Assembly (NCBI GenBank): GCA_001304225.1
Contig: LJVD01000004.1
Location: 1-61,918 of the forward strand
DNA from: a candidate division Zixibacteria bacterium SM1_73
Lineage (GTDB): Bacteria; Zixibacteria; MSB-5A5; SM1-73
DNA length: 61,918 bases
Reading direction: 5' to 3'
Under the pieces are notes generated by a model, which was given only the letters and a program-made list of their open reading frames with translations, ran no database searches and was not told where the DNA came from. Shown piece after piece: positions 39,267 to 49,388 of this stretch. Position 1 is the stretch's first letter, and every line of letters begins with the position of its first letter. The position numbers were made by a program, and so were the translations under genes.

Positions 39267-40028
39267 ATGAGAAAAAATTTATATATGAAAAAGAGCTTAG
39301 TTTTTCTTCTGATTTTTCCCTTGGTATTGCTTTCCTTTTGTGGCGGTAAAAGGACCACCCGCCCTACCGAACCTGAATATGAATTTACCATCAACGGGGT
39401 GGTGGTTAAAGATTTAAGTATGGGCAAGGATATCGCCTATTTTACAATTCTGAGAGATTCAGTTGATTTCGACAGTGCAGTTGTGGCAGTCGATACTGAT
39501 ACTCTCGAAAATCAGGGTGGTGGAATCTACTCCAAAGAAGCTCCTCATCTTTTTGACTTTGAAGAGGCACTCACCATCACGGTATCAAGCGCAGAAGAGG
39601 ATTTGAACTTTGAATCCGAAGTCGTAATCCCAGGATTTTTTCGAATTACAGCAAAGGTGCCTGATACGGTTCGAAGTTCGGATGAATTCGTGGCTCTCCA
39701 TTTTAGTGCCGCATCCAATGCGTCTAGATATTTTATTAGCGTGCTCAAACGCAATAATGTCGAGAGTGCATTGGGTCACACAGCTTTGATTCCTTGGGAT
39801 AAAATCGGCAATTATCCAATTCCAAAAACTACATTTCGAAACATTCACGATAATTACAAAACTGGAATATATTTAATCTACCTGATCGCTTATAATAAGG
39901 GTTTTGTGCCATATCCAGATATGGAATTTCAAGCCCCCGAAGAGCTCCCCAAATCGGTTACTTTGCCTTCAAATGTAACCATCGGGGCTGGAGTTGTGGC
40001 CCCGTTGGACTCAATAAAGGCCGAATAA
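39267..40028 (+). CDS. hypothetical lipoprotein
   Basis: Signal peptide with lipobox LLSFCGG. No recognisable domain. Confidence 0.5.
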   Translation: MRKNLYMKKSLVFLLIFPLVLLSFCGGKRTTRPTEPEYEFTINGVVVKDLSMGKDIAYFTILRDSVDFDSAVVAVDTDTLENQGGGIYSKEAPHLFDFEEALTITVSSAEEDLNFESEVVIPGFFRITAKVPDTVRSSDEFVALHFSAASNASRYFISVLKRNNVESALGHTALIPWDKIGNYPIPKTTFRNIHDNYKTGIYLIYLIAYNKGFVPYPDMEFQAPEELPKSVTLPSNVTIGAGVVAPLDSIKAE

Positions 40029-40040
40029 AAGGAATTCTTT

Positions 40041-40952
40041 TTGAGCAAGAAGGTTTTCAATCAAATAAAAGATTTGGTCACAGAAGATCGGAATCCTGCT
40101 ACTTTCGATATAGATACCAAGTCCACCCTCCAGATCTTAAAATTAATTAACACAGAAGATAAAAAGGTTGCGCTGGCGGTAGAAAAAGAACTGCCAAATA
40201 TTGCCAGAGCGGTGGATTTGATTGTAAATGCCTTCAAGAATAAAGGGCGACTATTTTATGTCGGCGCCGGCACCAGCGGAAGATTGGGAGTTTTGGATGC
40301 CGCGGAATGTCCTCCCACCTTTGGTACCCCTCCAAGAATGATAAGAGGAATTATAGCAGGAGGAAGAAGAACTTTGGTCAGATCTAAGGAGGGGGTGGAA
40401 GATGACTTCAAAGCGGGCGCAAAAGATCTGGAGAAGAATAAAATTAGCAAAAAAGATGTGGTGGTGGGAATAGCTGCCTCCAGAAGAACCCCTTACGTCT
40501 TGGGAGCCCTGGAAAAGGCAAAAAAGGTTGGTGCCAAGACAATCTCTGTTTTCTGCAATCCGACGCCCAAACTAAAGATCAAGGTGGATGTTTCCATATC
40601 TCCCATTTTGGGTCCGGAGGTGATCGCCGGCTCCACCCGGATGAAGGCTGGAACTGCACAGAAGATGATTTTGAATATGCTTACCGCCGCTTCAATGATC
40701 AAATTGGGAAAGGTTTATCAGAATTTGATGGTGGACTTACAAGTTAGAAGCGAGAAATTAGTGGAAAGATCAAAACGTATTATAATGATGGCAACCGGTG
40801 TGGACTATAAGAAAGCGGAAAGATATCTTGAAAGAGCTGATGGTAAAGTCAAGACCGCCTTGGTGATGATTTTATCAAATGTAGATAGAGAGAGCGCGGA
40901 GAAAAGACTAAAAGAAGCAGGAGGTTTTGTAGCTAAAGCTATCAGCAATTGA
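40041..40952 (+). CDS. murQ: N-acetylmuramic acid 6-phosphate etherase
   Basis: SIS domain GAGTSGRLGVLDAAECPPTFG. TTG start. Confidence 0.9.
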   Translation: MSKKVFNQIKDLVTEDRNPATFDIDTKSTLQILKLINTEDKKVALAVEKELPNIARAVDLIVNAFKNKGRLFYVGAGTSGRLGVLDAAECPPTFGTPPRMIRGIIAGGRRTLVRSKEGVEDDFKAGAKDLEKNKISKKDVVVGIAASRRTPYVLGALEKAKKVGAKTISVFCNPTPKLKIKVDVSISPILGPEVIAGSTRMKAGTAQKMILNMLTAASMIKLGKVYQNLMVDLQVRSEKLVERSKRIIMMATGVDYKKAERYLERADGKVKTALVMILSNVDRESAEKRLKEAGGFVAKAISN

Positions 40953-41046
40953 GAACAGGCCGAGATTCATATCTCGACACATAAGATGTCGATTTTAGAA
41001 AATCGACCCACTCTATTTTTTGGGAAAAATAAGAAAAGAGGATATT

Positions 41047-41379
41047 ATGCCTTATTGTCCTAACTGTAAATATGAATACAAAGATAAAATCAAGGAATGC
41101 CCAGACTGTGGAGTTAAATTGGTTGATGAATTGGCGAAGGAGACCTTAGAGAATGTGAAATATGTTCGTTTTAGAAGCCTTCCTTCCAGGCTCTATGCGG
41201 AGATGCTGCAAGAAGCTTTGAGAAAGGAAGGGATACCCTCTATCATCAAGGGGGATGACGTAGCTATAACCCTGGGAAGTTATAGCACCACCTCCCCAGT
41301 GGAGGTGACCATTTGGGTACCAGAGCAAGATTTGGAAAGATGCGAAAAGATGGCAGATGAGATGTTCGATCATATCTGA
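41047..41379 (+). CDS. zinc-ribbon / DUF2007-like small protein
   Basis: CPNC..CPDCG ribbon. ATG at 41047 preceded by agagga. Confidence 0.5.
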   Translation: MPYCPNCKYEYKDKIKECPDCGVKLVDELAKETLENVKYVRFRSLPSRLYAEMLQEALRKEGIPSIIKGDDVAITLGSYSTTSPVEVTIWVPEQDLERCEKMADEMFDHI

Positions 41380-41575
41380 TAAGACATCGATTTTGGTTCG
41401 AATTCTGGATCCATAGGATCAGAAATTACTCAAATGAGAAAAACGAGCTAAGAAATATTCTCTTGTAGGCCGAGATTCGCCTCTCGGCGAGAAGGCTTCG
41501 AAATTCGCCAGATTTTCCCTTTTGTTCCTTCCAGCTTATTCTCCCCATTCTTGAAAAGTAAGGTTTGCATTTGAC

Positions 41576-43414
41576 ATGTCGATAAAAATATCGGGGACCC
41601 CTCTGGGAAGAATTAGGTCTCTGGAGGAAAGTATGACCGAAACAGAGTTTCTGCCTGAGGTCGAGGGAATTGACCAAAAAGAATTTGATTCAGCCAAAAC
41701 CTTAGTTCAACTTTTGGCCAAAACCCTGAAATCCCTTTGGCTCTATCCCAAAAACAATCCAATTCCCCAGGAATTCAAAAGAAAATTGCACCAAAGCTTT
41801 TCTGATTTCCTGGATTCATATGAGGAGTTAAGATTAGAGGTGAAACATTCACAACTTCTTTACCTGGGGAAGATGGTGTACGAGGATCAGGATAGAGAGG
41901 AAGGGATGGCCTACACTTTACACAAAGATGGGGTAAGAGAGCTTGTCTTTATTAAAGGACTGGAATATGATGAACTCGCCGACTTTTTGGAGACAATCGA
42001 AATTGGTCTTAAATCCAAGGAGTTAGAGGACGATATGGTCACGCTGCTTTGGGAGAAAGACTTTAATCATATAAAGTATCTGGTGGTGGATGATCTTTTG
42101 GATGTGGATGTTCCCAATGCGGAGGATATCCCTGACGACTGGGATTTCAGCCGACTGCTTCAATCCGAGATAGCTTTATCCGGTGAGGCGGAGATGCCAC
42201 CGGAACAGAGGGCCTCTCAAGATTTGGCTCTTCGGAAAAAAGAGGAACAAATAAAAGAACTTTCAAAAAAATTAAAAGAATTCTCCTCAGAGGAAATAAG
42301 AAACATTTATCAGCTTCTGGAATCTGATGCCCGTTCTCGCCTGTTGGAAGACTTTTTCACCATTCTTGAAGAGATTTTGATCACAGAAAAGGATTTCTTA
42401 GAATTCGAGGCGCTGGTGGAAAGGATTGAAAAGGTCCTGGGTTGGCTAATAAATGTGGGGGATTTCAAGTCTGCGTCCAATATAATCCGGCGATTGAAAA
42501 AGTTTGAGTTGGCCGCCCGGGATTCTCTCTCCCCAACGGATACTGGAGGACCAAGGAAGGCGGAGCGAGTCAAGAAGGCAATAGACAAAGCTGGAGATGA
42601 GGAGAAGATCAAGAAAATAGGCTCGGCATTAAATGAAAAAGAAATCGTGGATCTTTGTGGTGCCAAAGAGTTTCTGCTTTCCTTGAACTGGAACTCCATT
42701 CCTGGGATCCTCCATCTGTTGAGGGATCTTAAACATTTTACTGCCCGTAAGATGGTATGTGAGGTCTTGGAGGAGGTAGGGAGGGACCATGTAGGTATCG
42801 TGGGAGAAGGTGTGTATGATCGTCTCTGGTATGTGGCACGAAACGTGGCCTTTGTCCTGGGGAGAATTGGAAAAGAAGAGGGAGTGAAGTTTTTGAAGCA
42901 AATCATCAATCATCCAGACTTGAGGGTAAGAAAGGAGGTTATAATCTCCTTGACCAAAATCCAGGGCAAAGAATCAGGAGCTCTTTTGGTCTCAGCTTTG
43001 GATGACCAAGACAAAGGGATTCGTATTTTGGCTGCTCGTGGTTTGGCTCAGAAAAAGGAAAAAGGAGCAATTCCAGCTTTAGTGAAAATCATCCAGTCTG
43101 ACCTGTTCGTAGGTACAGAATCAGAAGAGAAAAAGCAGATGCTTGAATCTTTGGCCGTGATCGGAGAAGATCAAGTCATTCCCTTCTTAAAAAAGTTGAT
43201 CAATAAGCGGGCTTGGTTGAAAAGAGACAAACATAATGAGACCCGTGTATTTGCCATAAGAGCTTTGGGTTTAATGAAGACCCAAAAGGCAGGAAAGACT
43301 CTCCAAGAATTGGCTAAGAAGAGGAATAAGGTGATCAAACAAACCTGCCAGCGCATTTTGCGCAAGATGGATTCTCAACCAGCTCGAGAAATAGAGTCCG
43401 TGAAAACCCAATGA
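41576..43414 (+). CDS. HEAT-repeat protein
   Basis: C-terminal HEAT/PBS-lyase-like repeats (VRKEVIISLTKI, IRILAARGLAQ, TRVFAIRALGLM). The start is uncertain; MTETEF at about 41633 is possible. Confidence 0.65.
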   Translation: MSIKISGTPLGRIRSLEESMTETEFLPEVEGIDQKEFDSAKTLVQLLAKTLKSLWLYPKNNPIPQEFKRKLHQSFSDFLDSYEELRLEVKHSQLLYLGKMVYEDQDREEGMAYTLHKDGVRELVFIKGLEYDELADFLETIEIGLKSKELEDDMVTLLWEKDFNHIKYLVVDDLLDVDVPNAEDIPDDWDFSRLLQSEIALSGEAEMPPEQRASQDLALRKKEEQIKELSKKLKEFSSEEIRNIYQLLESDARSRLLEDFFTILEEILITEKDFLEFEALVERIEKVLGWLINVGDFKSASNIIRRLKKFELAARDSLSPTDTGGPRKAERVKKAIDKAGDEEKIKKIGSALNEKEIVDLCGAKEFLLSLNWNSIPGILHLLRDLKHFTARKMVCEVLEEVGRDHVGIVGEGVYDRLWYVARNVAFVLGRIGKEEGVKFLKQIINHPDLRVRKEVIISLTKIQGKESGALLVSALDDQDKGIRILAARGLAQKKEKGAIPALVKIIQSDLFVGTESEEKKQMLESLAVIGEDQVIPFLKKLINKRAWLKRDKHNETRVFAIRALGLMKTQKAGKTLQELAKKRNKVIKQTCQRILRKMDSQPAREIESVKTQ

Positions 43415-43441
43415 TCTTGAATTCATGCCAAAGGAGGTAAT

Positions 43442-44926
43442 TTGGCCTCTCCGGATGTGACCAAAACAAATTCGCCAAAAGGTCTGGATGAAAAAAGTTC
43501 CTCCAAGTCTTCTCAGGCTTATCTTTTGGAGCAAGGGAGGAATTTGATCTATCAGCTCTATGCCTCTTTGAAGACCGCGCAGATATATGAACGGTCTAAC
43601 TTAGCCTATGTGAAACAGAGCGAGAGCTTATTTAATCTGGTCAAAGGCCTGCTGGAAAAAGAAGAAAAAATAATTTTAAGCTCCAAAGAAGGCTATTTGT
43701 TTCTGAATGAAACCAGATTGAAGTTCGGCTTTGAGGGATATTTATCCAGCAAGTTTATTCTGGAGATTTTTAGAAAAGTTCAATTTGAAAGTTTATTCGT
43801 CAGTCCTGAGGCGACCAAAGAAGAATTAGACGAGCTTGTTTCTCTGCTGGCACATGCCAATTACGATTGTGACGATCCTTTCGGAAGATTGGAGAGGAAA
43901 GCAGCTGATTTGGGGCTCCAACATATTAAATTGGAAAAGTTTGCCGAGGAGTGGGAAATAGGAGATGAAGCTTCTCCAGAAAATAGGAAGAAAGTTGCCA
44001 AGAAGAGATTTTTTAAGACTCTCTCTGTAGCCCAGGAAGTAGTGGAGTCGGCTAAAACCGGAAGGAGCATAAACACGGTAAAAAGCAAAAGGGCCATTCA
44101 ATTCTTGATAGACCAGTTGATCCATGATGAGATCAACTTCATGAGTTTGACTGCTATAAAGAATTTTGATGAGTATACCTTTGCCCATTCGGTGAACGTC
44201 TGCATTCTATCAGTGGCCTTAGGGTCCCGGCTGGGGCTTTCCAAAAAGGAATTGAGTGAATTGGGATACGCTGCATTATTTCACGATATTGGGAAGGTGA
44301 GAATTCCTTTGGCGATACTTAATAAGCCAGACGAACTGGACGAGTGTGAGTGGAAGGAGATGAGAAAACATCCCATCCTGGGAGTGAAGGCGCTTCTTTC
44401 CACACGTGCCTTGGATAAATTCTCTCTGCGGGCGATGGTGGTGGCATTCGAGCATCACCTGAAGCTAGATTTGTCCGGATATCCCCAACTCCTCTTTAAA
44501 AAAGATTTGAATCTTTACTCACGCATCGTCACCGTTGCAGACGTATACGACTCTATGACCTCAGGAAGAGTCTATGCCAAAGTCCCGTTGACTCCGGATG
44601 TGGCTTTGAAAAGGATGATGGAGCAGATAGGCAGAGGCTTTGATCCGTTGCTTTTGAAAGTCTTCATAAACATGTTGGGGATATATCCGGTCGGCTCAGT
44701 GGTTCTTTTGAATACCGGAGAGGTGGGAGTGGTAATGAAGTCCAATCCTGATGAGCTTTCCCGGCCCGAGATGGCTATCATCGCCGACAGGAAAGGAAAA
44801 AAGGACAAAATCGAGCTGGTGGATCTGGCCAGCATTGATGAGAAGACCGGAGAATACAAACGAACTGTCATAAAAACCATCGAGCCTCGGCCGTACAAGC
44901 TGGACATCGCCAGATACATTTACTGA
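43442..44926 (+). CDS. HD-GYP domain phosphohydrolase
   Basis: HSVNV, LFHDIGK and HHLKLDLSGYP motifs. Confidence 0.85.
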   Translation: MASPDVTKTNSPKGLDEKSSSKSSQAYLLEQGRNLIYQLYASLKTAQIYERSNLAYVKQSESLFNLVKGLLEKEEKIILSSKEGYLFLNETRLKFGFEGYLSSKFILEIFRKVQFESLFVSPEATKEELDELVSLLAHANYDCDDPFGRLERKAADLGLQHIKLEKFAEEWEIGDEASPENRKKVAKKRFFKTLSVAQEVVESAKTGRSINTVKSKRAIQFLIDQLIHDEINFMSLTAIKNFDEYTFAHSVNVCILSVALGSRLGLSKKELSELGYAALFHDIGKVRIPLAILNKPDELDECEWKEMRKHPILGVKALLSTRALDKFSLRAMVVAFEHHLKLDLSGYPQLLFKKDLNLYSRIVTVADVYDSMTSGRVYAKVPLTPDVALKRMMEQIGRGFDPLLLKVFINMLGIYPVGSVVLLNTGEVGVVMKSNPDELSRPEMAIIADRKGKKDKIELVDLASIDEKTGEYKRTVIKTIEPRPYKLDIARYIY

Positions 44927-45122
44927 CAGTATGGAGTTGAGAGTCGAGAGTAGAGAGCAAGAAGTTGAGAGTTGAGAAAAAATGGTGATCTTTATTTGGG
45001 ATTCTCTGCTTCGGCGGGATCAATTTCTATTAAGCGGACACTCCACAAACTTTCGCGGAGACATCGCATTTCATCTTACGGTTTAATGAAAAAATCGCAT
45101 TCCTTGCTCTGTAGTTAAATCT

Positions 45123-45668
45123 CTAAAATCTAACCGAAAGTAAGAGATTTATCTCTTTTCCTTCTCTGGATTGAGGGATTAAGCTAATGGAGAAGTCCGG
45201 CACCTTTTCCTTATCGAAATTATAGAGATGCGCATCCACATAAGCATCGAACATGCTTATAAAAATGATACCCGCAGTGATCCATAAGAACAGATTTCTT
45301 CGATCTTCGTAAAATCTGAATTGTTCGAATTCCCAGCTCTTGTTTGGGTGATCTTGGGGAAGATCTTCGAATTTTCTTTTATGTTCGTTTCTCCTTCTCC
45401 ATTCTATGGCAGCCAGAGTGATAAAAGAGGTTTCGGTTCCAAATATTACCAGGCTTTTAAAATATCTCTCATTATAAAACTGTCCCCAACCCGGAAAGGC
45501 GACTGATCTGAAAAGTGCCCCCATGGGGGATTTGCGGGTTAAAGAAGTGTCAGCAAAAGAAGTTTCTATACCACCAGAATCCTGATCTACCTGTCCTGAA
45601 GTTTCATTTTGAAAAGCGAGCATAATAATACATGAGACAGAAAATATTAGAATAGATGGTCTTTTCAT
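45123..45668 (-). CDS. DUF5683-like membrane protein
   Basis: Signal peptide plus FPGWGQFYNERYFKS, the motif I associate with DUF5683 of Bacteroidota-like organisms. Confidence 0.55.
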   Translation of the reverse strand: MKRPSILIFSVSCIIMLAFQNETSGQVDQDSGGIETSFADTSLTRKSPMGALFRSVAFPGWGQFYNERYFKSLVIFGTETSFITLAAIEWRRRNEHKRKFEDLPQDHPNKSWEFEQFRFYEDRRNLFLWITAGIIFISMFDAYVDAHLYNFDKEKVPDFSISLIPQSREGKEINLLLSVRF

Positions 45669-46026
45669 TTGTTGCCGCCTGAAAAATCACTGGTTCTATT
45701 TAATAGACACATTGATGAAAATAAAAGCATAAGGGAGAAATTACAACAATTTTTTGCCTATGGCTGTGGAATCAATGAGTGGATGAAAATACTACAATGT
45801 CAAGATAATGGAATTTAAATAAAAGGCTGACGCCTTAACTCCACAAAATCCGTAGGAGAAGTTACCAACCACGGATAGGGATAAATTATAAAATAGGAGT
45901 GGGCATCTGAAAAAGGGGAATTTAAAGGGGGGCATAAGGGAAACTCAGATACCCACTCCCGGGGAAATTTATGTTCTCTTCAAAAATACCTATTAGTTCA
46001 TACTAATCCTCATCACAGACGCCCAC

Positions 46027-48204
46027 TCAATCCCCAGGTGGAGGTCCACCTCTAAACAGATAATTAATCAAATATACGATATCAGAACTGTTGATTATTC
46101 CGTCACTATTGGTATCGCCAGCCTCCCAGGGAACCGGTTCAGACCCGCTTTTGAAAAGATAATTGATCAGATACGTGACGTCCGCTGAATTGATCACTCC
46201 ATCTCCATTGGCATCACCGCAGGTAAATGCCTGCAACACCACTAGATCCTCCACGTTGCTCCAGGGTCCAATTTGATCCTGTTGATCCTTTGCTTTCACT
46301 TTATAATAATAGATTCCATCAATCTGCCCGGTAATTTGGTGGAAGGTATCCGTGATTGCATCAGACAAGACCACTGTGTTTTGATATGTCTCGAATGGAA
46401 AGATGTCATCTGCATAGAATCCTTCCTCATACACGTAACCGTCGGTTACGTAATGGAGACGAAAGTATATCTGTTCGCCTACATAGTCAGACAGATCGAA
46501 TATCCCTTCCACCCATCCTCCTGATGAACCGGTTATTCCGTTACCCAGGTTGTTTCCATAGGGGTTGTAGTCAGTGGTGATATTTCCGGGAATGGAGAAG
46601 AAAATAGTTCCTCCATCCCTGGAGATCTCCACATAAGCGTAGTCCCAGTTGGTTTCGATATCATACCAACACCACACCTTAAGGGTATCACCAGCCTGAA
46701 CGATTATGCTGTTTTGTGCGGTGACCCTGTTGTTCAATCTATCTCCCTGCCCGGAATAAAAGCTGTGAGAGGATGAGTGGTATCTATTTGTGGAGATGCT
46801 GAAACCGCTCAGGTCCCAGTTCGAATATCCGCTCTCAACATCGTAGGTGATCCTTTCAAATCCGGTCATCTCCACCAGTTCAAAAGAAGCGGCTGGATTC
46901 AGAGTGTCTTGAAAACTCCAGTTTACCACATAATAGGAAGTCTCCACCGTGTCCATCTCTATTAGAACGGGTGAAGCAGGAGGAAGGATTTGATAAGGAT
47001 TGTCCGCCAACTCAGCATACAGAAGATTGGCGGGAAGCTCAAGCTGACATAAAGGCAATATTCTATCAGGCGGAGGCCAGAATCCATCGTCCTGGGTGCC
47101 GATCTCCGGGCTGATGGCAATGATCATAGGTTTGGAGACGGTGTCACCATATTCCCAGTCAATGCTCCCTCCATTAACCGGATACAAAACTTCCCAGGGT
47201 GTACCAGGGGTGTGGCCGTTCAACACCGCCATGGATTCTGCGATAGCTACATAAAGGTTGTGATGGGGGGTGTAAAACTGATCATAGCTCCAGGGATAAA
47301 GAAGCCACATCCCATGGGTATGATTGTCAAGACACATAACGAAATTCCGCGCGTTTATAAAATCTCTTATGACCTGGGTCGCCGGTTCGGAGAACGGTCC
47401 TGATCCTCGATAGGTCTCATCCCAGCAATAGGGGCTGGAGCCCTCATCATCATATCCCCACATATAGCCGAAGTTTCGATTCAGATCCACTCCCCAATTC
47501 CCTCCTCCGCAGTCTCGCCGGTTCTTCCTCCACATTCCACCGCCGTTGGGGTTGGTGTACTCATTATAGCAATACCCATCCGGATTGACCACCAGAACAA
47601 ACCAGAGTTCGCGGTTGTCCACCAGATAGGTGGTCAACGAATCGGTCCCATAGTTTTCCAGAAGATACCACATAAAATACAGAAGTACCTCCATGCCTGC
47701 TGGTTCACGCGCATGAATCAAACTGTTGTAAAAAACCTCCGGCTCATCTTCATCCATGCTTGCATTATCCGAAATCTTGAAAGCCCAGATGACGCTGTCT
47801 TGCAGGCTATGACCAATGTCAATCCGACTGCTGGTGAGGGAAGCATAGAGTGTATGCATGGAATCCAGTTCCGCATTGATTTCACTGTAGGTGTGGTATC
47901 CACCCATATCCTTGGTCCTGTCCAATCTGCTCTGGTAGAAAGCCACCAGATCCTGATGGACGATTTCAACCTCATATCCTAAGGACCTCAGATACTCCAC
48001 TTCTTCTTGATCTGTTACTATGTCTATATATTGACCATACTCCGCATAAGCAATGTCCAAATGCAAGCTTTGTATTTCTCGGATCTGCGCCTTCTCTGCC
48101 AGATGAATTCTTGCGAGCATCACTCTTTCGGCGGAAAAAGCCTGGTTTAGAAAGACAGATGCAAGCAAAAGGGACATCAGCAAAATGAACTTTGGATGTT
48201 TCAT
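46027..48204 (-). CDS. secreted M14 zinc carboxypeptidase with C-terminal double dockerin-like module
   Basis: LIHAREPAG (the HxxE motif). Signal peptide from MKHPKFILLMSLL at 48204. Tail GDANGDGVINSADVTYLINYLFKSG / GDTNSDGIINSSDIVYLINYLFRGGPPP. Confidence 0.85.
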   Translation of the reverse strand: MKHPKFILLMSLLLASVFLNQAFSAERVMLARIHLAEKAQIREIQSLHLDIAYAEYGQYIDIVTDQEEVEYLRSLGYEVEIVHQDLVAFYQSRLDRTKDMGGYHTYSEINAELDSMHTLYASLTSSRIDIGHSLQDSVIWAFKISDNASMDEDEPEVFYNSLIHAREPAGMEVLLYFMWYLLENYGTDSLTTYLVDNRELWFVLVVNPDGYCYNEYTNPNGGGMWRKNRRDCGGGNWGVDLNRNFGYMWGYDDEGSSPYCWDETYRGSGPFSEPATQVIRDFINARNFVMCLDNHTHGMWLLYPWSYDQFYTPHHNLYVAIAESMAVLNGHTPGTPWEVLYPVNGGSIDWEYGDTVSKPMIIAISPEIGTQDDGFWPPPDRILPLCQLELPANLLYAELADNPYQILPPASPVLIEMDTVETSYYVVNWSFQDTLNPAASFELVEMTGFERITYDVESGYSNWDLSGFSISTNRYHSSSHSFYSGQGDRLNNRVTAQNSIIVQAGDTLKVWCWYDIETNWDYAYVEISRDGGTIFFSIPGNITTDYNPYGNNLGNGITGSSGGWVEGIFDLSDYVGEQIYFRLHYVTDGYVYEEGFYADDIFPFETYQNTVVLSDAITDTFHQITGQIDGIYYYKVKAKDQQDQIGPWSNVEDLVVLQAFTCGDANGDGVINSADVTYLINYLFKSGSEPVPWEAGDTNSDGIINSSDIVYLINYLFRGGPPPGD

Positions 48205-48550
48205 ACTGACCTTACCAATTCTTTTTTCCCCTCTCTGGGTTAGAGCTTGTTTTTTCCCTTTCGGCGAACTCAGATGCCCTCTCATTCCGTGGATGAGAGA
48301 CTCTAAGCTTCTATTATAATTTAAATAATTCAACAAATTTGTCAATAACAATCCATGCGCACTTTGGTCGCTTTTTAGGAGCAAAAAATTCCTCCTTGTT
48401 GGTATCTTTTGCACTTGATGACCTTATAAAAAAGCTCTTTTCTGCTCACTTAATTTGGTTAAGATTCGTTCATATTGCTTAAGATTTGTGCATACATGCT
48501 CTTCCAGTACCTTCAGTTATCTTTCGTTTGGACCGAATCCCAGCACAAGA

Positions 48551-49210
48551 TCAGGATGAATCCTTTTTGGAGGACTTTTCTTCTTCTTCCTCCTCGATTA
48601 TTGCCTTCTTCTCAAGCTTGGGTTTAATGGGTATACCCCCTTTTATCATCGCTTTTTTATTATCAAAGACGGGAAAGATGCCCTTGACATTGGGGCCCAC
48701 AAATTTGAGCCTATTGAAAGGTCTGATCACGGTGGTGTCCAGAAAAAAATCTTGAAATTGAACACCTCTTTTCAGACTAAAATAAATCCTTACCACCTCC
48801 CCGTCTCCTTTCTTCAAGGGAGGATTTCTTCCGAACAAATCCGGAAGCAACCCCAGTAAAATCGTCTGTTTAGCGGTATCGATACGCGGGATTCTCATCG
48901 TGAAATATTCTATACGGGTTTTGTCAAATTTAATCGAATCACATCTGATGGGAGTTTGTCCATCACCATAACGAAAAGGTAAGGTCATTCCCGACAGTTC
49001 CTCATCGTTGAAGATGGATACAGATGCCATCACCTGATTTTTCTTTTCATCCTGAAAGGTAGTTATGCGGCAAGTATCTAGTTTTCCAAATGGATCCCTC
49101 TGTGCAAAAGCAAGAGATGAAAACATAAGCGTCAACGCAAAAATCATTGCAGCTACAAGGCCCCTGTAGACGTTTCGAAAAATACTTGGCAAAAGATTGT
49201 TGTGTTTCAT
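48551..49210 (-). CDS. secreted hypothetical protein, possibly cohesin-like, with acidic tail
   Basis: ATG at 49210 after GGAGGA. Signal peptide ...MFSSLAFA. Beta-rich body and an EEEEEEKSSKKDSS tail. It lies directly upstream of the dockerin-bearing M14 gene. Confidence 0.45.
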   Translation of the reverse strand: MKHNNLLPSIFRNVYRGLVAAMIFALTLMFSSLAFAQRDPFGKLDTCRITTFQDEKKNQVMASVSIFNDEELSGMTLPFRYGDGQTPIRCDSIKFDKTRIEYFTMRIPRIDTAKQTILLGLLPDLFGRNPPLKKGDGEVVRIYFSLKRGVQFQDFFLDTTVIRPFNRLKFVGPNVKGIFPVFDNKKAMIKGGIPIKPKLEKKAIIEEEEEEKSSKKDSS

Positions 49211-49388
49211 TAGTTCCTCCATTTTGACTGATGCCGGCTTAGAAAAATAAATGAATAATTGTTTTCTGTTGATACGGGATGTCGATCTCACAACTACCAG
49301 GTTCAGCAAGCTCACCACACATGATTCGGGGCAGGAGAGTCCAAACTAACACGCAGCTTTATCTTTATTTTTGATATCGACCCCAAAT

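Noticed and set aside
44932-44990. gagttgagagtcgagagtagagagcaagaagttgagagttgag low-complexity stretch, considered as a possible repeat array.
   Set aside because: It is a short purine-rich low-complexity run of the same flavour as the GGTT/AACC hairpin DNA, with no spacer structure. On its own it is not informative.
45896-45959. Long hairpin ggagtggg(c)atctga ... tcagatacccactcc, downstream of the M14 gene.
   Set aside because: It has a ~34-nt loop and no T-tract on the relevant strand, and I saw no second copy. It could be a terminator or a REP, but the evidence is insufficient to call either.
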